Notes under the pieces: generated by a model
The model's input: only the letters and a program-made list of their open reading frames with translations
What the model was told of the DNA's origin: nothing
Databases searched by the model: none
Position numbers and translations under genes: made by a program
Origin: Prevotellaceae bacterium UBA1746
GTDB taxonomy: Bacteria > Bacteroidota > Bacteroidia > Bacteroidales > Bacteroidaceae
DNA: 64,000 bases
Assembly: GCA_002314875.1 (NCBI GenBank)
Contig: DCHS01000002.1
Coordinates: 1,115 to 65,114 of the forward strand
Reading direction: 5' to 3'
Shown here: positions 20,517 through 30,499 of the stretch, piece after piece
Position numbering within the stretch: the first letter of the stretch is position 1
Layout of the letters: every line of letters starts with the position of its first letter

Positions 20517-21110
20517 ATGGCCGCAACCAAGAAAATCAAGACTGCTCTCATTTCAGTTTTCCACAAGGATGGTCTCGAGGAACTCCTCGCTGAACTCCAT
20601 AAGAACGGTGTACAATTTCTCTCTACTGGTGGTACCCAGACCTTCATTGAAAGTCTCGGTTATCCCTGTCAGAAGGTAGAGGACGTAACGACTTACCCCT
20701 CCATTCTTGGTGGTCGTGTAAAAACCCTTCACCCCAAAATCTTTGGTGGTATTCTCGGTCGCAGAGAACTTGAAAGCGATCAGCAGCAGATGGCTCAGTT
20801 TGAGATTCCCGAAATCGACCTCGTTATCGTTGATCTCTATCCCTTTGAGCAGACCGTTGCCAGCGGTGCTGACGATGCTGCTATCATTGAGAAGATTGAT
20901 ATAGGTGGTATCAGCCTCATTCGTGCTGGTGCAAAGAATTTCAACGATGTGGTTATCGTTCCCTCAAAGAGCGAATACAAGCCCCTCCTCGAAATCGTGC
21001 AGCAGCAGGGTGCGGAAACCACTATCGACCAGCGTCGCTGGTTCGCAACTCAGGCGTTCGGAGTAAGCAGTCACTACGACACTGCTATCCACGCTTGGTT
21101 TGCAAAGTAA
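20517..21110 (+). CDS. purH: IMP cyclohydrolase (stand-alone N-terminal domain of PurH)
   Basis: ALISVFHK, STGGT, GGRVKTLHP and IDIGG..RAGAKN motifs. Only 197 aa, with no transformylase domain. Confidence 0.88.
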   Translation: MAATKKIKTALISVFHKDGLEELLAELHKNGVQFLSTGGTQTFIESLGYPCQKVEDVTTYPSILGGRVKTLHPKIFGGILGRRELESDQQQMAQFEIPEIDLVIVDLYPFEQTVASGADDAAIIEKIDIGGISLIRAGAKNFNDVVIVPSKSEYKPLLEIVQQQGAETTIDQRRWFATQAFGVSSHYDTAIHAWFAK

Positions 21111-21145
21111 AAAATCATCAAAAAGTAAAACTATAGACATTTAGA

Positions 21146-22183
21146 ATGGGACTTTTCTCCAATTTCTTTTCCATGAAGCGCGAGTTAGCGATGGACCTCG
21201 GTACTGCAAATACCATCATCATTGCTGATGGTGAGATTGCAGTAAATGAACCTTCTGTAGTCGCTCTCGATCCCCACACCGAAAAGACAATCGCTGTCGG
21301 TGAACGCGCAAAACTTATGTACGAAAAGACCAATGACAAGATTCATGTGGTTCGTCCTCTCCGCGACGGTGTCATCGCAGACTTCAATGCTTGCGAATTG
21401 ATGATGCGCGGTCTGATCAATATGGTAAGCACAGGTCGTCACCTCTTCACCCCTACCCTTCGTATGGTGATTGGTGTTCCCTCCGGCTCTACCGAAGTTG
21501 AGCTTCGTGCAGTCCGTGACTCTGCAGAGCACGCTGGCGGTCGCGATGTTTACCTCATCTTCGAACCTATGGCAGCAGCTATCGGTATTGGTCTTGATGT
21601 TAATGCCCCTGAAGGCCAGATGGTCGTTGATATAGGTGGTGGTACTACCGAAATCGCTGTTATTTCTATGGGCGGTATTGTAAGTAACAACTCCATCAAG
21701 ATGGCAGGTGACGACTTTACCGCTGACATTCAGGAATATATGGCTCGCCAGCACAACGTGAATGTTTCTGAGCGTATGGCTGAGCGTATCAAGATTAATG
21801 TAGGTTCCGCACTTTCTGAACTTCCTGCAAATGAAGCTCCCGAAGACTTCGTGGTACACGGTCCTAACCGTATTACGGCCTATCCGATGGAAATCCCCGT
21901 TTGCTATCAGGAAATCGCACACTGCCTCGAGCGTTCAATTGCCCGCATTGAGACTGCAGTTCTCAACGCTCTTTCAAACACTCCCCCTGAACTTTACGCA
22001 GATATCGTAAAGAATGGTATCTACCTCACTGGTGGTGGTGCTCTCCTCCGTGGTCTTGGCAAGCGTTTGACTGACAAAATCAACATCCCCTTCCATGTGG
22101 CTGAAGATCCTCTTCTCTGCGTTGCCAAGGGTACAGGCAAGGCTCTCGAAAACATTGATGAGTATCCCTGTCTCATGAGATAA
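21146..22183 (+). CDS. mreB: Rod shape-determining protein MreB
   Basis: DLGTANT, RPLRDGVIAD, DIGGGTTE, TGGGALL motifs. Confidence 0.98.
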   Translation: MGLFSNFFSMKRELAMDLGTANTIIIADGEIAVNEPSVVALDPHTEKTIAVGERAKLMYEKTNDKIHVVRPLRDGVIADFNACELMMRGLINMVSTGRHLFTPTLRMVIGVPSGSTEVELRAVRDSAEHAGGRDVYLIFEPMAAAIGIGLDVNAPEGQMVVDIGGGTTEIAVISMGGIVSNNSIKMAGDDFTADIQEYMARQHNVNVSERMAERIKINVGSALSELPANEAPEDFVVHGPNRITAYPMEIPVCYQEIAHCLERSIARIETAVLNALSNTPPELYADIVKNGIYLTGGGALLRGLGKRLTDKINIPFHVAEDPLLCVAKGTGKALENIDEYPCLMR

Positions 22184-22246
22184 CAGAATACAAGAGTTCT
22201 TCGACAAGCCTGTCGGAGAACTCTTAAATATTAATTCCAATTCACT

Positions 22247-23110
22247 GTGCAAGTCCTATTAGACTTTCTTCGTCGGTATAATTATCTGTTTCTGTTTGTG
22301 GTGCTGGAGATTTTCAGCATCGTCTCTCTCGTGGAGTATAATAACTACCAGGGAAGCGCTTGGATGTCGGCTGCCAACGGAGCAGTTGCAGAAGTCAACT
22401 CCATCTATACAGATGCAGAATCCTTCATCAAGTTGCGAGAGGTCAATACGGAACTCAACAGTGCCAACACCCTCTTACAACAAGAGAACGAGGCTTTGCG
22501 TCAGGCTCTCCTCGACGCTACCCATGACACAACGCTGACCGAACGTCGCATCCAACAGGAACTCGTAGGTTTCAACCAGATTCCTGCTAAGGTCATCAGC
22601 AACAAGGTTTGCGTTGGTGCCAATAACTACCTCGTAGTGAACAAGGGTACGGCTGACGGCGTTCGAGCAGAAATGGGTGTTGTCAGCAGTGGCGGTGTTG
22701 TCGGCATTGTCTACCTCTCAGGAGCACATACCTCCATTGTTCTTCCTGTTACTCACAGCAAATCCAGCATCTCTTGTAGTATCCGTGGCCAGTCCTATTT
22801 CGGTTATCTGCAATGGGATGGACGCAATACCCGTACGGCTTACGTTGATGACATTCCCCGTTATGCCAAAATTAACAAAGGCTGCGTAGTTCAGACCTCT
22901 GGTTATTCCAATGTTTTCCCTCCCGGCATCTTCGTCGGTCGTGTGACCAAAGTGGGTAATTCATCCGACGGTCAGAGTTACCGTCTCGACATTGTCCTTG
23001 GAAATGACTTTGCCAGCCTTCGTGACGTCAATATCATCGCTACTCCTTACAAGGCAGAGATTGACACGCTCAACAAACATGCTCTTCAATTGACGGAACA
23101 ACCAGAATAA
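22247..23110 (+). CDS. mreC: Rod shape-determining protein MreC
   Basis: N-terminal TM segment, coiled coil, NKGTADGV and TSGYS..FPPGI motifs. GTG start. Confidence 0.93.
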   Translation: MQVLLDFLRRYNYLFLFVVLEIFSIVSLVEYNNYQGSAWMSAANGAVAEVNSIYTDAESFIKLREVNTELNSANTLLQQENEALRQALLDATHDTTLTERRIQQELVGFNQIPAKVISNKVCVGANNYLVVNKGTADGVRAEMGVVSSGGVVGIVYLSGAHTSIVLPVTHSKSSISCSIRGQSYFGYLQWDGRNTRTAYVDDIPRYAKINKGCVVQTSGYSNVFPPGIFVGRVTKVGNSSDGQSYRLDIVLGNDFASLRDVNIIATPYKAEIDTLNKHALQLTEQPE

Positions 23111-23121
23111 ACAGAATTACT

Positions 23122-23643
23122 ATGTTTTCAACTTCCATGCAACGCACCTTATGGTTCATCCTTCTCCTGATGCTTCAGGTGCTGGTGTTCAATCATATCC
23201 ATATCCTTGGATATGCTACACCCATGCCCTTCTTCTACCTTCTGCTTATTCTGCACAGTACAACTCCCCGATGGGTATACATCGTCCTCGGTTTTGCGAT
23301 GGGAATTCTTGTTGACATGTTCAGCAATACTATTGGAGAGTGCGCATCCACGATGACATTCCTCGGTTTGATTACCCCCAACCTTCTCATGATGTTTTCT
23401 CCTGCAGATCGCAGCGAAGAAGGTTTTGAACCCTCGGTGAACACGATGCAGTGGAGTGGTTTCTTGCGCTATGCAACTGCTGCAACACTGATTTTCGTTA
23501 CCCTCTTCTTTATGATGGAATGTTTCTCCTTCTTCCATATCTTCATTCTGTTGAAGTATATCGGCGGATCTGCCGTCCTCACTCTCCTTGTGATCTGCGC
23601 CATGGAACGCATCAGACAGAGTATGAAGAAAAAATCAACCTAA
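23122..23643 (+). CDS. mreD: Rod shape-determining protein MreD
   Basis: Hydrophobic, LQVLVFN and G..VDMFSN motifs, position in operon. Confidence 0.9.
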   Translation: MFSTSMQRTLWFILLLMLQVLVFNHIHILGYATPMPFFYLLLILHSTTPRWVYIVLGFAMGILVDMFSNTIGECASTMTFLGLITPNLLMMFSPADRSEEGFEPSVNTMQWSGFLRYATAATLIFVTLFFMMECFSFFHIFILLKYIGGSAVLTLLVICAMERIRQSMKKKST

Positions 23644-23646
23644 TAA

Positions 23647-25515
23647 ATGCCCAAAGACTACAGTTTTGAAAAGCGAAAATATATTGTAGGTGGTATAGCC
23701 GTGGCTATTATCACCCTTTATATTGTGCGCCTTTTCACACTGCAGTTAACCAGCGACAACTACCGCCAACGTGCGGATTCCAACGCCTTTCGCAAGGAAA
23801 TAATCTTCCCTTCACGCGGTTTGATCATGGACCGTCATGATAGTCTCCTCGTTTATAACGAGCCTTCGTACAACATCATGGTGGTGATGCAGGACCAGCA
23901 CGGCATTGATACCCTCGACTTCTGCAATACGATTGGAATTACCAAAGAAGAGTACATCCAGCGTATGGCGGACATCAAGGACCCGCAGAAGCACCCGAAC
24001 TATTCTCGTAATACGCCGCAGCTCTTTATGAGCCAGATTGCTCCCGAGGAGTTCTCAAAATTCAGAGAGAAACTATTCCGCTTCAATGGATTTTCTGTTG
24101 AAAAGCGTAACGTCCGCCACTATACCAGTGGTATCGGTGCTCATATCCTCGGTGACGTCGGCGAAGTAAACCAGGCCGATATTGATTCTGATAAATACTA
24201 TAAGAGCGGTGACTACATCGGCAAGCTTGGTGTTGAACGTTCCTATGAAAAAGTTCTCCGTGGTGAAAAAGGTATGCACATCGTCCTCCGAGATGTTCAT
24301 GGCCGTTCCCAAGGTTCCTATATGAACGGAAAATACGACATTGCACCTCAGCCCGGTCGTAACCTTACGCTCAGTATAGACAAGGGACTCCAGGAACTGG
24401 CAGAGAAACTCCTTCAAGGAAAATGTGGTGCTATTGTCGCTATCGAACCCTCTACCGGCGAAGTTCTCTGCATGGCTTCTGCTCCGACTTACGACCCACG
24501 CGAATTGATGGGCAAGGAACGAAGCAAGAAAATCATGGAAATGACGCAAGACCCTATGGGTCCTATGCTCAACCGAGCGATTATGGGTCTTTACCCTCCT
24601 GGTTCAACCTTCAAGCCTACGCAAGGTCTGATCGGTTTGCAAGAAGGCATCATTTCACCTTCTACCGTCTTCCCCTGCTCTCGAGGCTTTAATTATAAAG
24701 GCCTCCATCTTGGCTGTCACGGACACGCCTCTCCCATCGCCCTTGTTCCCGCTCTCGGAACTTCTTGCAACGCTTATTTCTGCTGGAACTTGATGAGAAT
24801 GTTTGGTAACAAAGCCAAATACGGTTCAACCCAGGCTGCCATGACACGTTGGAAAGATCATTTGGTCAGCATGGGCTTTGGCTACCGATTGGGAATTGAC
24901 CTTCCCGGCGAAAAGCGCGGTATGATTCCGAATGCTCAGTTCTACGATAAAGCCTACAAAAACCTTTGGAATGCACTCACCGTGATTTCCATTTCCATTG
25001 GTCAGGGTGAGGTCACAGCCACTCCGCTTCAGATGGCCAACGAATGTGCAACCATCGCCAACCGTGGCTATTACTACATCCCCCATGTTGTTCATTCCGT
25101 TCAAGGTGAACAGATTGATACGCTATACCGCAACAAGCACCATACCATGGTTGACCCGAAATGGTACAATTACATCGTGGCAGGTATGCGTCAGGCAGTT
25201 CTGGGAGGTACCTGTAAAGGAGCCAACATCCCGGGCGTTGAAGTCTGCGGAAAAACGGGTACAGCACAGAACAGGGGTGTTGACCACTCTGCCTTTATCG
25301 GATTTGCTCCGATGAACGAACCTAAGATTGCTGTTGCCGTTTATGTAGAGAATGGTGGTTTCGGTGCCCATTTTGGTGTTCCTCTTGGCTCGCTGATTAT
25401 TCAGAAATATCTCTTTGGCCAACTTAATCCTGGTGCACAGGCTTTGGCAGACAAGTTCCAACACACTTCCATTTCCTATCCTCATAAGAAAGTAAACATT
25501 CCCTCCAAGAAATAA
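23647..25515 (+). CDS. mrdA: Penicillin-binding protein 2
   Basis: YPPGSTFK (SxxK), SCN and KTGTAQ motifs. Confidence 0.95.
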   Translation: MPKDYSFEKRKYIVGGIAVAIITLYIVRLFTLQLTSDNYRQRADSNAFRKEIIFPSRGLIMDRHDSLLVYNEPSYNIMVVMQDQHGIDTLDFCNTIGITKEEYIQRMADIKDPQKHPNYSRNTPQLFMSQIAPEEFSKFREKLFRFNGFSVEKRNVRHYTSGIGAHILGDVGEVNQADIDSDKYYKSGDYIGKLGVERSYEKVLRGEKGMHIVLRDVHGRSQGSYMNGKYDIAPQPGRNLTLSIDKGLQELAEKLLQGKCGAIVAIEPSTGEVLCMASAPTYDPRELMGKERSKKIMEMTQDPMGPMLNRAIMGLYPPGSTFKPTQGLIGLQEGIISPSTVFPCSRGFNYKGLHLGCHGHASPIALVPALGTSCNAYFCWNLMRMFGNKAKYGSTQAAMTRWKDHLVSMGFGYRLGIDLPGEKRGMIPNAQFYDKAYKNLWNALTVISISIGQGEVTATPLQMANECATIANRGYYYIPHVVHSVQGEQIDTLYRNKHHTMVDPKWYNYIVAGMRQAVLGGTCKGANIPGVEVCGKTGTAQNRGVDHSAFIGFAPMNEPKIAVAVYVENGGFGAHFGVPLGSLIIQKYLFGQLNPGAQALADKFQHTSISYPHKKVNIPSKK

Positions 25516-25603
25516 CGTTGCCATGGCAACGCACGGGGCCTAAAGGACTGATCACCAAGTCTCAAAATAGGACAAAGAACAATCCAACTAACAAATATCT
25601 CCC

Positions 25604-27061
25604 ATGCGCGAAAGAAATAAAATCAACCCGCTTTTCCTAACTGATGGTTGGGTGTTGCTGCTCTACGCAGTACTCCTCGCCTTCGGATGGATCAGTGTGT
25701 GCGGTGCCAGCCACAATATCGGTGACACCGAATTCTTTTCGTGGGGTTCCAGAACAGGAAAACAGTTGGTATGGATTGGCTGCTCCATTGGTTTGGGAGG
25801 TATTCTTCTGATGATAGAAGACCGTTACTTCGAGATGCTGGCTGATGTCTTTTACTGGCTGATGATGATCGTACTCTTAGTCACACCTTTCATTGCCCAT
25901 GACATCAAAGGTTCCCGATCTTGGATTTCATTAGGCCCTGTCAGCCTGCAACCCGCAGAATTTGCAAAGTGCGCGACATCACTTGCGATTGCGAAACTCA
26001 TTAACCAATATGGATTTACGCTCAACAAACGTAAGAATTTCCTTCGCGCTGCCTTCATCGTACTCCTTCCTTTCTGCTTGATTGTCATGCAGAAAGAAAC
26101 GGGTTCCGCTCTTGTCTACATGGCTTTCTTCCTAATGTTTTATCGCGAAGGTATGCCTGGCAGTATTCTTTTCTGCGCGGTTGCTGCAGTTGCCTATTTT
26201 GTTGTCGGTATCGGTTTCAGCCTTGATCCCCTTCCCGGAACGACTGGTGATGTCGGTGAATACTGCGTACTGACCATGATCTGGCTCTTCGTAACAGGAA
26301 TGACACGCATCTACATTCCCAAGCAACCTGAACACGCACAACGTCTGTTAATCTCCGGCTTGGCGGTAAATGTCGTTGCCTATCTTTTCTCCTGGCTGAT
26401 TATTCCTTTTGATATCGCCTGGGTACTCCTTGCATACGATATCGTAATGATTGCCTATTTGGGATGGATGTGGCTCGGGCATCGCATGAAGGAATTCCTC
26501 CTGATTTCCGTTTTCGCCTTAGGTAGTACGGCTTTCCTGTATCTTTCTGATTATGCGCTCAACCATGTCATGAAAGACTACCAGCGTACACGTATCTGCG
26601 TGCTTCTCGGTATTGAAGAGGACCGTGATGCCGCCTACAATGTCAACCAGTCAAAAATTGCCATTGGTTCCGGTGGTCTTCAAGGCAAGGGTTTCATGAA
26701 CGGAACTCAAACCAAACTTGATTATGTTCCCGAACAGGATACGGACTTCATCTTCTGTACAGTAGGCGAAGAAGAAGGATTCATTGGCTCCGCTGGAGTG
26801 CTCTTGCTCTTCCTGGCACTCATCCTCCGCTTGCTCGTTCTGGCCGAAAAACAGACAACGGTCTTCGGGCGAGTCTTCGGGTACTGCGTACTTTGCATTC
26901 TGCTGTTCCATGTCTTTATCAACATCGGAATGGTAACGGGCCTTGCCCCGGTAATCGGTATTCCGCTACCGTTCTTCTCGTACGGTGGTTCCTCTCTCTG
27001 GGGTTTTACACTACTTCTATTCATCTTCCTCCGCATTGATGCCGGACGCAAACGAAGATAG
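25604..27061 (+). CDS. rodA: Rod shape-determining protein RodA (SEDS family)
   Basis: LQPAEFAK, PEQDTDFIF, GIPLPFFSYGGSS motifs. Confidence 0.95.
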   Translation: MRERNKINPLFLTDGWVLLLYAVLLAFGWISVCGASHNIGDTEFFSWGSRTGKQLVWIGCSIGLGGILLMIEDRYFEMLADVFYWLMMIVLLVTPFIAHDIKGSRSWISLGPVSLQPAEFAKCATSLAIAKLINQYGFTLNKRKNFLRAAFIVLLPFCLIVMQKETGSALVYMAFFLMFYREGMPGSILFCAVAAVAYFVVGIGFSLDPLPGTTGDVGEYCVLTMIWLFVTGMTRIYIPKQPEHAQRLLISGLAVNVVAYLFSWLIIPFDIAWVLLAYDIVMIAYLGWMWLGHRMKEFLLISVFALGSTAFLYLSDYALNHVMKDYQRTRICVLLGIEEDRDAAYNVNQSKIAIGSGGLQGKGFMNGTQTKLDYVPEQDTDFIFCTVGEEEGFIGSAGVLLLFLALILRLLVLAEKQTTVFGRVFGYCVLCILLFHVFINIGMVTGLAPVIGIPLPFFSYGGSSLWGFTLLLFIFLRIDAGRKRR

Positions 27062-27113
27062 CACAGCGACCTCAACTTCAATTGAATTTCCTAGAAAAAA
27101 CTAGCCTCTGACA

Positions 27114-27656
27114 ATGGCAAACACCAATAATAACAATACAAACGCTGATAATACGACCCTCATTCGAGGGGTGTTCTTTGTCGCAGTACTCGCTCTGACT
27201 TCATCAGCCATCTTCTTTTTGAAGAAAGAGTCTGATATTCCTCTTACTCCCCAGGGAATCGCAACCCGCGACTCCTTGAGGAACATTGCTCATCCCGATA
27301 CCACAGAGGAACTGGACGCACTGCCCAAAGAAAATGTTGTGGAATACGAGCAGGCTGAAGACAGCGTAACACAGGATATTCGCATCCCGACCGATGCAGG
27401 CTATGAAGATGGCTATTATGCCGGCATCACGGACGGTGTAACAGGAGACGAGCGTGCTTCCTATGACGAATCCTCACAATTCCCCAAACCCGCAGACCGC
27501 AGAAGTTATGCTGACGCCTATCGCCGTGGCTATGCCCAAGGCTATGCTGACGGCCTCGATGGAAAAGATTTCGGTATAAGCCCGCAGATTGGCGAAGACA
27601 ACTGGGAAGAGGAAAGCGAAAGCGAAGAACCTGCCACCAAAGAAGAGAAAAAGTAA
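27114..27656 (+). CDS. Hypothetical single-pass membrane protein with G/AYxxG repeats
   Basis: One TM segment, acidic domain with AGYEDGYYAG and AYRRGYAQGYADG. Confidence 0.7.
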   Translation: MANTNNNNTNADNTTLIRGVFFVAVLALTSSAIFFLKKESDIPLTPQGIATRDSLRNIAHPDTTEELDALPKENVVEYEQAEDSVTQDIRIPTDAGYEDGYYAGITDGVTGDERASYDESSQFPKPADRRSYADAYRRGYAQGYADGLDGKDFGISPQIGEDNWEEESESEEPATKEEKK

Positions 27657-27742
27657 ATTCGTCCGCGGACGACAGTACATTCGTCGTAGGACGACAGAAT
27701 ATTCGCCCGCGGACGAATGTATATTCGCCGTACGACGAATTG
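27657..27742. repeat. Four 22-bp tandem palindromic units
   Basis: ATTCGTCCGCGGACGACAGTAC / ATTCGTCGTAGGACGACAGAAT / ATTCGCCCGCGGACGAATGTAT / ATTCGCCGTACGACGAATTG. Confidence 0.85.
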
Positions 27743-27765
27743 AAAAGACTCGTGCAAGAGCACAA

Positions 27766-27806
27766 AATAATAAATGCCCCCGAAATCCTCGGAGGCATTT
27801 ATTATT
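27766..27806. terminator. Bidirectional terminator between convergent genes
   Basis: AATAATAAATGCC..CCGA/TCGG..GGCATTTATTATT stem. Confidence 0.75.
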
Positions 27807-27821
27807 ATATTATAGGAGCGA

Positions 27822-29222
27822 TCATTCATCCTGATCCTCTTCCGTATATTCCTGGAAGAGGAAATCATTATACGGATACTTCTGAACATGTAATTCACGA
27901 ATGCGTGTATAAAGCAAGTCGCGGAGTTCATCGATATTCGTCTTCTCACGAGCAGAAATAAAAATAACATCGAGAATACTGCCCGAGTTAGGATTATTTG
28001 CATCGGAAGTACCCGCAGTGCGACCCATCCAAGTCTGCATGAGTTCTTCGAGCGGAGTATTTTCGCGCGTTGCAGGAGACAAATCATCGGGATCCTTGGG
28101 AGTAAAGGAGTAGGCATCCATCTTGTTGAAGACAAGAATCTGAGGCTTCTCCGCACAACCTAAATCGCACAGTGTACGATTAACCACCTGAATCTGTTCC
28201 TCGAAATCAGGATGACTGACATCAATCACATGGATCAGCAAGTCTGCCTCACGGGTTTCATCGAGGGTACTCTTGAAAGAATCCACGAGATCGGTAGGCA
28301 ACTTTCTGATAAATCCAACGGTATCGGCAAGAAGGAAGGGCAAGTTCTTTACAATCACCTTACGAACCGTCGTATCAAGGGTTGCAAAGAGTTTGTTTTC
28401 TGCAAAAACATTACTCTTGGAAAGAAGATTGATCAACGTTGATTTACCCACATTGGTATAGCCGACCAATGCAACACGAATCATACGGCCACGGTTCTGA
28501 CGCTGCGTTGTTTTCTGGCGTTCGATGTCTGCCAGGCGTTGCTTGAGGAGTGCCATACGGTTGAGGATAATACGACGGTCCATTTCCAACTGGGTTTCAC
28601 CAGGACCACGAAGGCCAACGGAGCCTCCCTTGCCTCCGCCTGCACCACCGGAACCACCACCCTGGCGTTCAAGGTGCGTCCAAAGTCGCTGCAAACGAGG
28701 AAGCATATAGCGATACTGCGCAAGTTCAACCTGCGTCTTTGCATTCGCTGTCTGCGCACGCATGGCAAAGATATCGAGAATCAATGATGTACGATCTAGA
28801 ATCTTTACCTGCAATTCTTTTTCGATATTTCGAAGCTGCTTTGCTGAAAGTTCATCGTCAAAGATAACCATACCGACGGGCTGGGGAGCCTCTTCCGCCA
28901 ATCCAAACTGAGGACGGAACTTAGGATCAAGATGTTCAATACCCAGTTCTTCCAACTCCTCCTGATATTCATCAGCGGCCTGCTCGCAAGCATCAATATA
29001 AGCACGTATTTCCTGCAATTTACCCGATCCGATGTAAGTTACAGAAGAAGGCCCGTCGACACGCTGCGTAAAGCGCTTCACCGTAACGGCGCCCGCTGTC
29101 TCTGCGAGGAATTCCAGTTCATCCAGATATTCCTCCGTTTTTCTTTCGTTCTGCTGACGAGTAATCAAGGCAACGAGAACACAAGTCTCCGCCTTGACCT
29201 CCGTCTTAATGAATTCCTTCAT
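27822..29222 (-). CDS. hflX: GTPase HflX
   Basis: [41 protein letters not shown] motifs. Confidence 0.97.
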   Translation of the reverse strand: MKEFIKTEVKAETCVLVALITRQQNERKTEEYLDELEFLAETAGAVTVKRFTQRVDGPSSVTYIGSGKLQEIRAYIDACEQAADEYQEELEELGIEHLDPKFRPQFGLAEEAPQPVGMVIFDDELSAKQLRNIEKELQVKILDRTSLILDIFAMRAQTANAKTQVELAQYRYMLPRLQRLWTHLERQGGGSGGAGGGKGGSVGLRGPGETQLEMDRRIILNRMALLKQRLADIERQKTTQRQNRGRMIRVALVGYTNVGKSTLINLLSKSNVFAENKLFATLDTTVRKVIVKNLPFLLADTVGFIRKLPTDLVDSFKSTLDETREADLLIHVIDVSHPDFEEQIQVVNRTLCDLGCAEKPQILVFNKMDAYSFTPKDPDDLSPATRENTPLEELMQTWMGRTAGTSDANNPNSGSILDVIFISAREKTNIDELRDLLYTRIRELHVQKYPYNDFLFQEYTEEDQDE

Positions 29223-29312
29223 AAAAAAAACTTATTATTCAATGGTGGCTTCCAATTCCTTTTTTAAAGCCCCATAGACATGCGCAAAGCGCATAAATGT
29301 CACATTTCGAGG

Positions 29313-29382
29313 CAAAATTAACGAATTTATTTTAATTTAAGGGTAATTTAGGGCATCAAATCGTAAAAAATTAGTAAGTTTG
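29313..29382. promoter_or_regulatory. Divergent promoters for hflX and asparaginase
   Basis: TAATTTTG on the - strand (29320-29313) and TAAGTTTG on the + strand (29375-29382). Confidence 0.65.
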
Positions 29383-29389
29383 CGCCCAA

Positions 29390-30487
29390 ATGAAAACTAC
29401 ATCTTCTCCTTCTATCCTCATTATCTATACCGGTGGTACCATCGGTATGGTTGAAAATCACGAAACGCATGCCCTCGAAGCCTTCGATTGGCATCACCTC
29501 CAAAAAAGTGTTCCTGAACTCGATCAATTCCAGTTCAGGATTGATGCTATCACGCTCGGGAACCCCATCGACTCCGCCGATATGGAGCCGAAAGACTGGA
29601 AACGAATGGCTAAAGCCATCGAGGACAATTACGAGCAATATGACGGCTTTGTCATGCTGCACGGAACAGACACCATGGCTTTCACGGCGTCGGCATTGAG
29701 TTTCATGTTGGAAAATCTACAAAAGCCGGTTATCATCACGGGTAGCCAGCTTCCCATCGGTCAGTTGCGAACGGACGGCAAGGAAAACCTGCTGACCAGC
29801 GTCGAGATCGCTGCTGCACGGACTGAAGACGGCAAGCCTATGGTTCCAGAAGTCTGCATTTTCTTTGAAAATGAATTGATGCGCGGAAACCGCACGATGA
29901 AACTTAATTCCGAAGGCTTCAACGCTTTCCGTTCCTACAATTTTGATCCTTTGGCCAAAGCCGGTATCCACATTGAATACGCAAGGCACAACATTCTCTA
30001 TCCAGAAAAACGGGCTGAGCATAAATTATTCCCTGCCATCAACAATATCTCAGGCGCCAATACAAAAGACGGATTGTTCGTACACTACAATATGGATAAC
30101 CACATTGCCATCCTCACCCTTTTCCCTGGCATCACGGAAGAAGTGGTGGAAGGTTTCTGCAATGTTCCCGGACTTCGCGGACTCATCCTGCAAACTTTTG
30201 GTAGTGGAAATGCGCCGCAGAAACCTTGGTTTGTTGAGAAACTGAAAAAAATCATCTCTCACGGCATCGTTGTTGTCAACACCACCCAATGCCCTCGTGG
30301 TTCTGTGGAGATGGGACGTTACGAAACCTCCCTGCAACTGCTTGAAGCGGGCGTTCTCAACGGCTACGATTCAACGCTTGAATGTGTCGTTGCAAAAATG
30401 ATGTTCCTTTTAGGACACAACTGCACTCCTGAGCAGATCAATCTGCTGATGAACACCTCTATTGCCGGAGAAATCACGCTGAAATAA
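29390..30487 (+). CDS. ansA: Type I (cytoplasmic) L-asparaginase
   Basis: YTGGTIGM, HGTDTM, TGSQLP, FGSGN motifs. No signal peptide. Confidence 0.92.
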   Translation: MKTTSSPSILIIYTGGTIGMVENHETHALEAFDWHHLQKSVPELDQFQFRIDAITLGNPIDSADMEPKDWKRMAKAIEDNYEQYDGFVMLHGTDTMAFTASALSFMLENLQKPVIITGSQLPIGQLRTDGKENLLTSVEIAAARTEDGKPMVPEVCIFFENELMRGNRTMKLNSEGFNAFRSYNFDPLAKAGIHIEYARHNILYPEKRAEHKLFPAINNISGANTKDGLFVHYNMDNHIAILTLFPGITEEVVEGFCNVPGLRGLILQTFGSGNAPQKPWFVEKLKKIISHGIVVVNTTQCPRGSVEMGRYETSLQLLEAGVLNGYDSTLECVVAKMMFLLGHNCTPEQINLLMNTSIAGEITLK

Positions 30488-30499
30488 TCTCTCCTCTGA

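Noticed and set aside
27657-27742. CRISPR array (also considered for 50866-50928)
   Set aside because: The period is only 21-22 bp, there are no unique 30-40 bp spacers and no cas genes.
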